Assembly (NCBI GenBank): GCA_050293845.1
Contig: JBNKNM010000008.1
Span: 1-64,000 of the forward strand
Reading direction: 5' to 3'
From: Pseudobacteriovorax sp.
GTDB lineage: Bacteria; Bdellovibrionota_B; Oligoflexia; Oligoflexales; Oligoflexaceae
DNA length: 64,000 nt
Both the position numbers and the translations under genes were made by a program. Below, piece by piece: positions 33,012 through 42,552 of this stretch (the first letter of the stretch is position 1; each line of letters opens with the position of its first letter). The notes beneath the pieces are model-generated. The model was not told the DNA's origin. It saw only the letters and a program-made list of their open reading frames with translations, and made no database searches.

Positions 33012-33541
33012 CCTATTAAGACACTCCTGTATTTCGGTTCTGTGGCAGCTACAGAGTCTGATCGAAAGTTCCTAAAAGTGATCAAAATTTAAACAGAAAC
33101 AACCTTCTAAACGGCGACAATCTTTCTCCATTTAGACTACCCTAGCCGACCTCAGACTTATTTGGCTTTTTTCCAACTGCCTAATCCCACTCATACAGTT
33201 ACTTGCTATCACTTTACTATTGCAATTAATCCTTCTTAGAGTTAGGCTATATCCGATATCCGCCATAAGGGTGGGTACCCTAAAAGCATCTCTACAAAGG
33301 TCCTCCATATTTTTTTCATGAACTCAACTTTTATTATACTAAGAAGAACATCTCATTCGGCTCGCTTTTTCTTCCCTATAAGAAAAAGTAAGGTCTGTTG
33401 ATTTGCGTTATCTAGCTTTGCCTATATAGAGGTAAGAATCTAAGATAACTAGACTTATTTATCTTCTGATTATCATAATAAGTAGGATTCTTGAGCAAAA
33501 TAACTTGGACATAGATTAAACTTTTAACTAGGAATATTTAA

Positions 33542-33811
33542 ATGGAAAACAAACTTTTTGTCGCAGGAATCTCCTATGCAACCACTGAAGATACCCTCCG
33601 TTCTTACTTTGAAAGAATTGGTGACGTGCATTCAGTAAAAATCATTTCAGATCGTGAAACAAATAGAAGCAAAGGATTTGGCTTTGTGGAAATGACGTCT
33701 AATGAAGATGCTTCGGCGGCGATCGAAGAATATAACGACTTTGAACTGGATGGACGTCGCTTGGTTGTAAATCTTGCAAGACCCCAAAAAGACAGAGATA
33801 ATCGCTATTGA
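33542..33811 (+). CDS. RRM RNA-binding protein
   Basis: RNP2 KLFVAGI and RNP1 KGFGFVEM. Confidence 0.95.
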   Translation: MENKLFVAGISYATTEDTLRSYFERIGDVHSVKIISDRETNRSKGFGFVEMTSNEDASAAIEEYNDFELDGRRLVVNLARPQKDRDNRY

Positions 33812-33902
33812 GACGCCATTGAAATCATGGCGCCACTGCAGTCAAAATTAAATTTTTTCAAAATCCCATTTGGGACAAGTTAATAATAAGAATTGGAGTA
33901 AT

Positions 33903-34262
33903 ATGAAAATAATCATAACTGGATCTCAGGATTTTTCGAACGAAAAACTTCTATCGGACATTCTCAGTGAGTATACCCGAAAACACAAAGTATCAACCAT
34001 TGTCTTGGGGCAGGAATCTGGAACGGAAACAATGGCTGCGGAATGGGCTATGAAGCACAACTTCCGTCTTGCCATTGTGCCAACAAATCGCAAAATTGCG
34101 GGGAATGAAGCAATTATTGCACGTAATAAAACACTTGTTGAAGCACATAAAGACGCTAAATCACTCCTTCACTTTGTTGGTTCTGAGCTTTCCGAAGATC
34201 TTTGTCGACGATCCTATGAAAATAATATCGCAGTTGACGATGTGATTCTCAATAATAGTTAA
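33903..34262 (+). CDS. SLOG-superfamily (DUF2493/YspA-like) protein
   Basis: MKIIITGSQDF...TIVLG..SGTETMAAEWA...AG..A..ARNK. Confidence 0.7.
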   Translation: MKIIITGSQDFSNEKLLSDILSEYTRKHKVSTIVLGQESGTETMAAEWAMKHNFRLAIVPTNRKIAGNEAIIARNKTLVEAHKDAKSLLHFVGSELSEDLCRRSYENNIAVDDVILNNS

Positions 34263-35030
34263 GAGTTTAAAAATAATTGTATGAGCATTTTGGCACTGAT
34301 ACAGCTTTTGGTCTAACTTACTGAAAATCATCTTATTTCCAAAGGCTCAAACCGCAATTCCGTAAGACTTGTTCGATGAACTTAAGCTCTTCCATTTGAA
34401 GCCCAGGGACAGCGCTACCTGCCCTTCCCGAGCATGTACAATGTCTCGTACTCACAGATTGTCTTATGGGCTGCCCACAAATCTTTTGAGCTAAGGTCAT
34501 AATTGATTAATCTTTTAATCCTAAAGTGATCACACTCGACTCTGTTGTTCAGGTATTTTACCTACCTGGCTCAGTCTGTTTTGGAAGGCATCAGCTCTTT
34601 TGCCGAAAAGTCGTCTGGAACAGCAAAAAAGTGCTCAGCATCGCTTTACCTATCCTTAAGTGAACTACTCGGCCCTAAAGGACCAAGTTTGCGTGAGCAT
34701 TTTGTGCAACCTAGCTCGTACTATAGGACATTGATATCTCTGCTACCTAAAGGAAGCAAATTCTTATTGAAGTGTGTGACTTCTCAAGGCTCTAACTGTC
34801 GTACCTGCGACGTAGTTCCTCGCGAAATATTTCCAAGCTAAAAGAAGCTTTGAGAGTATTCAAGAGATAGATATCGAGCCACAAATTATCACAATCAGGT
34901 TTTTAGGATATGCCAAGCTTTTTATGAGCCCTTTTGATAGATTCCAAACCTTTAATCTTCTGATACCATTTATTAAAATTTGGAAAGTCATTGAAATGAA
35001 TTTTGCCAGCTTAACTATGTTTATCTGAAT

Positions 35031-35280
35031 CTAAAAGTCATTGGCTATAATATGCGCTATATTCCTTTCGGCAATAGCAGCAATCATTAGCGATGGATTA
35101 GTACAGGCGGAACAGCCAGGCAACAGGAGCCATCGTTGATATATAGCCCCTCGTAGTGGTTAATACGACCCCAGAAATCGTAAGGCTGTCCCAGCTCACA
35201 GCCTCCCAGGGGATGGTAAACACTATCGTCCTTAACTTTATCCCGAAACAAGTCTAAAGCGCTGGTCGTATAACTGGTTT
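35031..35280 (-). pseudogene. Cholesterol oxidase/GMC oxidoreductase C-terminal remnant
   Basis: YHPLGGC.LG...D.WGR...YEGLYINDGS, then after a frameshift LLPGCSACTNPSLMIAAIAERNIAHIIANDF*. Confidence 0.8.
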
Positions 35281-35282
35281 CA

Positions 35283-35455
35283 GTTTGCTTGACCTTTGGC
35301 TTTGCTGCCATATTCTTGATGCGGAGGTCTTTTAGAACAATAATCTTGCTTTGAGAATTCTCGACGATTTTATGGCTAAAGTCCTTACGAATGCTGGCTA
35401 TCTTCTGATGGCTGCGGGATATCTTTTGCTTGGCTCGGATCCCCCTGGTCAACAT
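35283..35455 (-). pseudogene. IS200/IS605 TnpB fragment
   Basis: AKQKISRSHQKIASIRKDFSHKI..SKIIVLKDLRIKNM.AKPK, the helical/RuvC-II region of TnpB. Confidence 0.75.
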
Positions 35456-35619
35456 AAGAAAATCAAATTTATGGACATGCTTTATTAATCAGTCTAATGT
35501 AGGGTAGATCCAAACTTTACTAAAAAAGTGCAGTAATCATCAAAGTGATACAAATAATTGCTTACAAGGATTAAATCCGATTTTGGCTGGTAAGTATGAC
35601 ATCATAACGAGGAACAAAA

Positions 35620-36774
35620 ATGAAAATTCTAAATACATTGACTTGCCTGTGTTCAAGTTTACTCATACCTACTATTACCTTTGCTGTTGACTGTAATATA
35701 TCCCACAGTAATGTTTGGAGTTCAGGCTATCAGCTGAACATGCAGATTGTTAACAATGGTGAAGCATCGATTCGCTCATGGAATGTGGAGCTAACCTTTG
35801 CAAATGACCCACTCATCACGAACTTCTGGAACGTGGATATTTCAACTTCCGGAAACAAAGTTATTGCTAGAAATATTAGCTGGAATGGTAGTTTATCTCC
35901 CGGTCAGTCAACAGAATTCGGGTTTCAAGGAAGTCATGCTGGTAATTTTATGCTGCCAACGTGTTTAGATTTATCCGATGATACAGAGCCTAACCCAGAT
36001 CCAGATCCAGATCCAGATCCAGATCCAGATCCAGATCCAGATCCAGATCCAGATCCAACTCCCGGTGGAGATTTGGTCAATTTTAGTGATGGGTTTGAAG
36101 ATGGCATTGTGAACCAACCGCCTACTGGATGGGACAACTTTATTGCTTGGCAGTATAATAATAGCAACAACAACCCGAACGCATCGGCTTTTGCACTTGT
36201 CGATGATACGCGATCGTATAGTGGTAGCAAATCTATTCACTTTAAAGGGGGCTCCCAGCCGGCGCAAATTGTACGAGCCTTGCCAGAGGGGGTGACTACG
36301 CTATACTTGAAAGCCCAGATCTACATGAACAAAAAGCTTGGCAATGAGCCTGGTGATAATCATGAACATATCATGGGCGTAAAGGGTACTCCAGATGCCA
36401 ATAATGAAGTTCGTTTTGGTCAGATCAAAGGTGTGCTTGGTACCAATGAGGTACCTTCAGATGACATCGCCCCTACACAGGATCAATGGAACAGCGGCAT
36501 CGAACTCGCAGCAAATTCCTGGCACTGTGTTGTTTTGGAGCTTATAGGGGGTGATGTTCCCTATCATAACCTCAGAGCCTGGGCCGACGGACAACTCGTT
36601 CATACCATCGACTCAATAGACGATTGGAACAATGGTGGAATAGGTGGCAATACTCAGTGGTTAAGCGACAAATTCAATTATGTAATGTTCGGTTGGCACA
36701 GCTTTAGCGGTAATGATGCTGAAGTCTGGATGGATGATATCCAAGTATCCGACAGTTCTCTAAGTTGTCATTGA
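35620..36774 (+). CDS. Secreted protein: CBM2, Pro-Asp linker and Cip1/polysaccharide-lyase-like beta-sandwich domain
   Basis: CBM2 (WSSGYQ..SWNV..WN..WNGSLSPGQSTEFGFQG), (PD)n linker, FSDGFE..DDTRSYSGSKSIHFKGG..WHCV..FGW.SFSG..VWMDDI. Confidence 0.75.
   Translation: MKILNTLTCLCSSLLIPTITFAVDCNISHSNVWSSGYQLNMQIVNNGEASIRSWNVELTFANDPLITNFWNVDISTSGNKVIARNISWNGSLSPGQSTEFGFQGSHAGNFMLPTCLDLSDDTEPNPDPDPDPDPDPDPDPDPDPDPTPGGDLVNFSDGFEDGIVNQPPTGWDNFIAWQYNNSNNNPNASAFALVDDTRSYSGSKSIHFKGGSQPAQIVRALPEGVTTLYLKAQIYMNKKLGNEPGDNHEHIMGVKGTPDANNEVRFGQIKGVLGTNEVPSDDIAPTQDQWNSGIELAANSWHCVVLELIGGDVPYHNLRAWADGQLVHTIDSIDDWNNGGIGGNTQWLSDKFNYVMFGWHSFSGNDAEVWMDDIQVSDSSLSCH
35995..36057 (+). repeat. (CCAGAT)x10 microsatellite encoding the Pro-Asp linker
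   Basis: Ten perfect hexamer copies. Confidence 0.97.
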
Positions 36775-37000
36775 ACATTGCGAACACGTTTACCGAGTTA
36801 CAAAAAAGAGTAGCATTGAAAATGCGAAAGATTTCACTTTACTTACCTTATGGGAGAATTTCGGCGAGTAATGTTAAACTATTTCTAATTACTGGAGAGT
36901 GGAAAGTCCTCACCTTCCACACAGTCAATCACCGCCCCCTTAAGGACCCTGGAGGCGGAGGTTTCCTTGAAGACATTGGGATGAATTTTTCAGATTCTGT

Positions 37001-38095
37001 TTATAGAGCCGGAATTTCTCGGGTCGTACAGTGGATAGCACCGGCATAACGTATGGGATCATCAGAGTTGACGGTCACTAATCGATAGCTGGGTAGTGCG
37101 TGACGATAAGCAGCCAAAGCCGCGCTAGGATCATCACTGGCATAGCTAGGGATTATGGCTGTATTATTTACAAGTAAAGCATTGGTGTAGGTGTACCAAA
37201 CACCATTCTGGCTCCAGCCTTTTACGCGGTAAACCTGCCAAGTTTCCCCAGGAGCGCAGGTAGTATTTGCAAAATACTGGGCCGCATTTTCAAGGGTAGC
37301 AGCGTAAAGATCCTGACTAGATTGGGCCACAATCACCTTACAATCATCTACTATCTTAGCAAACATATCAATATGACCGGTACCATCAGCGGGCTGACCA
37401 CCACTGCGAGCGTAGGGGATGACATGAACTTCTTCTACACCAAAGTAGTTTTTTAAATAATCATCGACCTCATCACGGGTCATATGGCTATTCCACTCGT
37501 AGGTCCTATCTGTCATATAGAGGTGACCCCTACTATCAACCATCAGATTTCCCCCATCTAAAATAATCGGGGCATCATAGGAAGTGACCCCTAGATACTT
37601 CGCAATATTGCTTGGCACCTTATCATCTGATTTGCGGTATGCGTAGTGACGATAAATGGTATCGACAATGGCGAGTTGCCCTGTGAGCTCGTCTATGGCC
37701 ACAGGTCCGAAATCGCGGCTCCATACTGTGTTATAGGGAAGGTTAAGGGCTTCATAGCGATTAGAAGGAACTCCCGGAATGCTGGCTGGGCCACCTAGCA
37801 ATAAAACTTTTGCGCCTGCTTGGGCTATTTCATACGATAGATCCTCAATGAAAGAGTAAAAGTATGAGTAGGTCATTACAACGGCAGAAACCGGCTCGTA
37901 TTCAGACGGAAGTCTCAGACCAACGGCTGGCTCTGCAGCTATGCGAGAGCTTGGAAGATACCAATCAGAAGATGTCGTGCTGTCAATTTCTGACTGCAAG
38001 GCATAGTTTGGCACGGGCTGTGATCCCGCGCTGCCAAGCGCTAAATTTGCACTTAGAAAACTGAAGGACATAAAAACGTATAGGCCTTTGAACAT
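37001..38095 (-). CDS. Secreted agmatine/peptidyl-arginine deiminase family protein
   Basis: Signal peptide from ATG 38095; WSRDFGP, DGGN, TGHID, TYTN, GAIHC.T motifs. Confidence 0.88.
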   Translation of the reverse strand: MFKGLYVFMSFSFLSANLALGSAGSQPVPNYALQSEIDSTTSSDWYLPSSRIAAEPAVGLRLPSEYEPVSAVVMTYSYFYSFIEDLSYEIAQAGAKVLLLGGPASIPGVPSNRYEALNLPYNTVWSRDFGPVAIDELTGQLAIVDTIYRHYAYRKSDDKVPSNIAKYLGVTSYDAPIILDGGNLMVDSRGHLYMTDRTYEWNSHMTRDEVDDYLKNYFGVEEVHVIPYARSGGQPADGTGHIDMFAKIVDDCKVIVAQSSQDLYAATLENAAQYFANTTCAPGETWQVYRVKGWSQNGVWYTYTNALLVNNTAIIPSYASDDPSAALAAYRHALPSYRLVTVNSDDPIRYAGAIHCTTREIPAL

Positions 38096-38171
38096 AAAAA
38101 CTTCCCCATTAATGTCATGTAAATAGAGTAACATCCTAAGGTAGCTAGCGGCATGCTGCAACCACCATGCA

Positions 38172-38399
38172 TTGAAAATCACGACTTATAATGATAATAA
38201 TGTTTCAAATAAGTCATTTTGTTCTACATATGGCTCAGCTGTTTATCTTGTTAATGGCAAGAACTTCCCTACTGAATGTGTTATTCCTCTTGATGCAGTT
38301 GATAACTATGTTGAAGAGTTAGCGCCTCAAATTCAGGTATATACTCCGGACAAAGCCGCATGGATAAATCTACACGATGATGTGCCAGTATTTAGCTAA
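38172..38399 (+). pseudogene. GFA/CENP-V-family C-terminal fragment (gene-cassette remnant)
   Basis: KSFCSTYGSAVY (degenerate FCxxCGS)..PQIQVYT.DKAAW; the N-terminal CxC..C motifs are absent. Confidence 0.65.
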
Positions 38400-38402
38400 A
38401 AA

Positions 38403-38499
38403 ATATAACAAACACACCAACCACCCAAATTGCAAAAAGCGCAATTTGCGCTGGACTCACTCCACTACGTTCCGCTCGCTGGTTGTGTGAGCGTTATGT
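38403..38499 (+). mobile_element. Integron attC site (solitary in this window)
   Basis: ATATAAC-AAACACACCAACC ... GGTTGTGTGA-GC-GTTATGT: complementary R''/R' cores and L boxes with an internal hairpin (CAAATTGC..GCAATTTG), right after a stop codon. Confidence 0.8.
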
Positions 38500-38676
38500 T
38501 TCTAAGATGAGATAGTTGAGTCATAGATTGTTGTCCATTAGCACAAGCTTTTTGTTAAATCGAAATGCTTCTGACCAAAATCGTTTATCAATGAATGAGT
38601 GAAGGCACTGCCGGTTTTAGTTCTCCCAACCTTCCGAAAAATATCTTAAGGATCTGGTTGCTCACACCAAAGCCTA

Positions 38677-40086
38677 TTATGGATTAAACCAACGGGTTTT
38701 AGCTTTCAATTTTTTAATCGGGGAATTTTCCAGAATCAACTTAGCTTTGCTTGCCTCTGATTTATGTATAGCTACATAGCTCTCATGGGACAGAACATCA
38801 ATTTTTCCCACTAAGGTCGCTGCAATTTCTTGCGAACTTGTGAGCGCTCCCAAAATATCACCGGGACGAATTTTTGTTTTCTTACCAAGATTAATCTGTA
38901 ATGTCTTATTTAAGGGTTTTCGCGGTAGCAGAAACCCTTCTTCTTTGGGAAGCCCTACATAATTACAAGAAAAACCTAGCATATCTTCAATTTTTTTAAT
39001 CTTGTACCCTTCAGAGGCTGTCACAAAAGTCCAGACCTTACCGACCGTTTCATGACGGCCCGTTCTTCCTATACGATGGACAAATACTTCGGGATCGCGT
39101 GTCATATCAAAGTTTACCACTAAGTTTAAGCCTTTGATATCCAGTCCACGAGAAGCGACATCAGTCACAACCAAAACATTATGACTACCGTTGGAGAACG
39201 TCACTAGCGTGCCCGTTCTGAGTTTTTGTTCCTTTTTACCATGGAGGGAGGTCGCTGCAAAACCCTCCATTTTAAGGTATCTACATACATGCTCACACTG
39301 CTCAATAGTATTGCAAAATACCAAACAGCGTTCCGGCTGCTCCTGCAAGAGAATCGATCGTAAGGCAGGCAATTTACGGGTCGGCTCAAGTTTAATAAAG
39401 CACTGATTAATTAGCTTAGTATTCGTTTCTGCAGGGCCTATGTTGATAGCTACCGGATCTTTGAGAAGCCTCTTAGACATGGCTTTGATATCGTCCGAAT
39501 ATGTCGCTGAGAACAATAGGTTTTGGACCTCTCCTTGCAAATATTTGTAAATTGTAAAAATACTCTCCGCAAAGCCCATATCCAGCATTCGATCGGCCTC
39601 ATCCAAAACAGAGACTTTAACGGAGCTTAGATCCAGAACCCCTTTACGCAGAAGATCTTGCACACGCCCTGGAGTCCCTACAATAACGTAAGCTCCATGT
39701 CTTAGGGACTTGATTTGAGGGAAAATGGGAACCCCTCCATAAATGGTTAACACCTTGATATTAGGTAGAAAACAAGCCAAACGTCGGATTTCAGCACTCA
39801 CTTGGTCGGCAAGCTCCCGAGTGGCACAAAGCACCAACCCTTCAATTTGTTTACTATCAGGTTTTAAAGATTGTAGAATACCAATGGCAAAGCAGCAGGT
39901 CTTGCCACTCCCTGTTTTCGCCTGAGCTAATACATCAGACTTTTTGAGAATAGAGGGCAAGGAGCTTTGTTGAATAGATGTCATCTCCATATAACTCACA
40001 TGTTTTAATGACTTCAAAATCTCTGAACGGAGGGGAAATTCACAAAAATTAGAGCTTGAGATTCCCTGTACTAACTCATTCGGCAT
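38677..40086 (-). CDS. dbpA: ATP-dependent RNA helicase DbpA
   Basis: AKTGSGKT, DEAD, SAT, HRIGRTGR and the C-terminal DbpA RNA-binding domain (KIRPGDILGAL). Confidence 0.92.
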   Translation of the reverse strand: MPNELVQGISSSNFCEFPLRSEILKSLKHVSYMEMTSIQQSSLPSILKKSDVLAQAKTGSGKTCCFAIGILQSLKPDSKQIEGLVLCATRELADQVSAEIRRLACFLPNIKVLTIYGGVPIFPQIKSLRHGAYVIVGTPGRVQDLLRKGVLDLSSVKVSVLDEADRMLDMGFAESIFTIYKYLQGEVQNLLFSATYSDDIKAMSKRLLKDPVAINIGPAETNTKLINQCFIKLEPTRKLPALRSILLQEQPERCLVFCNTIEQCEHVCRYLKMEGFAATSLHGKKEQKLRTGTLVTFSNGSHNVLVVTDVASRGLDIKGLNLVVNFDMTRDPEVFVHRIGRTGRHETVGKVWTFVTASEGYKIKKIEDMLGFSCNYVGLPKEEGFLLPRKPLNKTLQINLGKKTKIRPGDILGALTSSQEIAATLVGKIDVLSHESYVAIHKSEASKAKLILENSPIKKLKAKTRWFNP

Positions 40087-40397
40087 ATTTAACTCATTTC
40101 CAATCAAGATACTTAAACGCATCCATCTGACTAGCATGACCAAGTCATTAAGGCAATAGACACTCAGGTAAAGCTCTACTTTCTTTAGAATCTCTGTTAG
40201 GTTTACTAGGGCAGGTTTATAATGAAGTTTGCTTTAGTAATTGCATTACAAGTCGATAAGACATACACCATATCCTTAGTGCTCACTATGGGAAAGGTAG
40301 ACAACTTTTTTTAGCGTTAACCTTATCTAAATGTAGATATTTCTCATTTTTCGCGATAGATCTACGCACCTGGTTTTGGAACAAGCTCGGAGAACTA

Positions 40398-40772
40398 ATG
40401 TCACTATCTAACGAATTGAAAGCAGCAAAAGCGCGCATGGAAGCTCAAAAAAAGGAGGAAGAAAAGCGGGTAAAAAAGAAGTCAAAGAGACAAGGGAGCA
40501 CCGTATGGAAATTCGAGGATGAAGTCGTTGCCTTGTACCTTTACCTGGCTAATGCCTCAAAATTTTTGAGAGAAAACTATTCTAAAAAACGCAAAATCTC
40601 TGTTCGAGCCATGTCTCTTAAGATTTCTACATTTGAAGCCATCGATCGCGGAAAATCTAAAGATGTGATAAATCCCCAAACTCAGCAGGTATACGATACC
40701 TATTCCGGGATGCCAGTAGAGGATCTTCTAAAAGTAGTAATTTCCATCCATCGCGGTGAATTCACCCGCTAA
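40398..40772 (+). CDS. Hypothetical basic protein, possibly DNA-binding
   Basis: GGAG RBS; coiled-coil N-terminus, then WKFEDEVVALYLY...AMSLKISTFEAID. Confidence 0.7.
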   Translation: MSLSNELKAAKARMEAQKKEEEKRVKKKSKRQGSTVWKFEDEVVALYLYLANASKFLRENYSKKRKISVRAMSLKISTFEAIDRGKSKDVINPQTQQVYDTYSGMPVEDLLKVVISIHRGEFTR

Positions 40773-40956
40773 CCTATTGATAAATTTGTTGAATCGAACC
40801 TAGGCTTCCATTAGCCTACCAAAGACGGCCCCCTAGGATTGGCTAGCAATATCTCTGGACTAGCCAATTCCCTAGGGCTTCAATTTCAAATGAAATAGTC
40901 TGGGCAACAGTTAGCCTGTATCCTAACTGTTGTTACCTATCAATCGAGGAGAAAGT

Positions 40957-41811
40957 ATGAAAGCTTTGGCACTCATTTCATTAGCTTCTAGTCTGACCTT
41001 TACAGCCTGCACCACTACAAGTAACAACACTAAAGAGACACGGCTAAACCCAGACGAGCAAGGCATGCTGGCGGATGTTATCCATAGTCAAAAACGTGTT
41101 GAAAAAAATCGTGTTCGCGATAATTTTAGGCACCCCAAGGAAACCTTGCAGTTTTTTGGCATCAAGCCGGATATGACTGTAGTAGAAGTATGGCCAGGGG
41201 GTGGCTGGTACGCTGAGATTCTTGCCCCTTATCTTAAAGGCAAAGGCCAATACGTTGCCGCTGGCTTTTCTGAAAAATCTGAGGTCGAATACTATCGTAA
41301 AAGCAGTCAGAAATTTCGCAACCTTGTAGCGAATCGTAGTGACGAATTTGGTGGCAACGTCAAAATTTCAGAATTTGAACCTCCCCAAGCCCTGGATATC
41401 ATAGCTCCAGGAACTGCCGATGCTGTATTAACTTTCAGAAATATTCACAACTGGATGCATGGTCGAGATGGAAATGGTGTCAAAGCAGCCTTTACAGCTT
41501 TTTACAAAGCCCTTAAACCAGGAGGAATATTAGGGGTCGTGGAGCATCGAGCTTCTGATAAAGTAGAGCAAGACCCGCAGGCAAAAAGCGGGTATGTCCG
41601 GCAAGACTATGTGATTTCCATTGCTGAAAAAGCCGGATTTGAACTTGTAACAAGTTCGGAAATCAATAGTAATCCAAAAGATACTAAGGACCACCCCAAG
41701 GGGGTATGGACCTTACCGCCGGTTCTGGCCTTAAAAGATAAGAACAAAGAAAAGTATGTGGCCATTGGGGAAAGCGATCGCATGACCCTAAAGTTTGTTA
41801 AGCCTCAATAA
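40957..41811 (+). CDS. Predicted SAM-dependent methyltransferase, lipoprotein (COG4798-like)
   Basis: FTAC lipobox, RHPKETLQFFG, VEVWPGGGWY, LTFRNIHNW, IGESDRMTLKF. Confidence 0.9.
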   Translation: MKALALISLASSLTFTACTTTSNNTKETRLNPDEQGMLADVIHSQKRVEKNRVRDNFRHPKETLQFFGIKPDMTVVEVWPGGGWYAEILAPYLKGKGQYVAAGFSEKSEVEYYRKSSQKFRNLVANRSDEFGGNVKISEFEPPQALDIIAPGTADAVLTFRNIHNWMHGRDGNGVKAAFTAFYKALKPGGILGVVEHRASDKVEQDPQAKSGYVRQDYVISIAEKAGFELVTSSEINSNPKDTKDHPKGVWTLPPVLALKDKNKEKYVAIGESDRMTLKFVKPQ

Positions 41812-41826
41812 TATATACATAATTAG

Positions 41827-41863
41827 TGAGCCATAGCCGGTCATTTTATTTCGGCATGGCTCA
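41827..41863. terminator. Hairpin between convergent genes
   Basis: TGAGCCAT-A-GCCG...CGGC-ATGGCTCA. Confidence 0.55.
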
Positions 41864-42000
41864 TCAGCCAAAAAACATCATTCAATTGAAAGTGATGAAT
41901 CGACATCCTGCTATCTGCTTTAAGCCGAAACAAAAAACTAATATTTTCCACACTATTGGAATGTAGATAGAGTTTCTTGCTGATTGCTTTATAGTATTCA

Positions 42001-42552
42001 CTAGCGATCATTAATTCCCTCTCCTTTCAGAAAAAGGGGAGCACACTTTTTAATGCGAGACTGCCTTGTCGAGGATTTTTCGCACCTGAAAAGTGGAATA
42101 TGTAAGCCCTTTGCCGTCCCGATGTTAAAGAGCTAAAGACCTTTTTAAGTTGTGGTTTCTTAACAGACATCTTTTTAAGTTCATAGGGTACCGGTTCTGG
42201 ATTTTTCTTAAACTCTGCTTTCAGTCCTGATTCCTCAATAGCTAAGGCTTCCATGATGTATGCTTCTACAGTGGAGGCATACCTGGTGACAGTCTATACA
42301 CCGAGTCAAACTCGAAGCGGCGTCCAGCTTGGGAATTAGGTCCATCATCAGCTAGAATATTCTTTGGATCTTTTAGCAGAGTTCCTTTGAAGAGCATTAA
42401 TCCTAGACAGGATTTAAAGGGCTGTATGATGGCAATGTTGCTACCTTCATAGCTATAGCAGGGCTTAGACCACTTGATATTGTCCTTAGTGCAGTAATTT
42501 CTTCCTGCCATGTTTTTGATGTTAGCACGCATAAATCAACATCTGAATTCAT
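42001..42552 (-). pseudogene. YdeI/OmpD-associated family (DUF1801) pseudogene
   Basis: AGGAG RBS and MNSDVD, KWSKPCY..LFKGTLLKDP, LTSGRQRAYIFHFSGAK and GINDR* lie in different frames. Confidence 0.85.

Noticed and set aside
34545..34841. 98-aa ORF
   Set aside because: No RBS or recognisable motif; probably spurious or decayed sequence.
35934..36267. Antisense (GS)n and (WI)n ORFs
   Set aside because: Shadows of the CCAGAT microsatellite.
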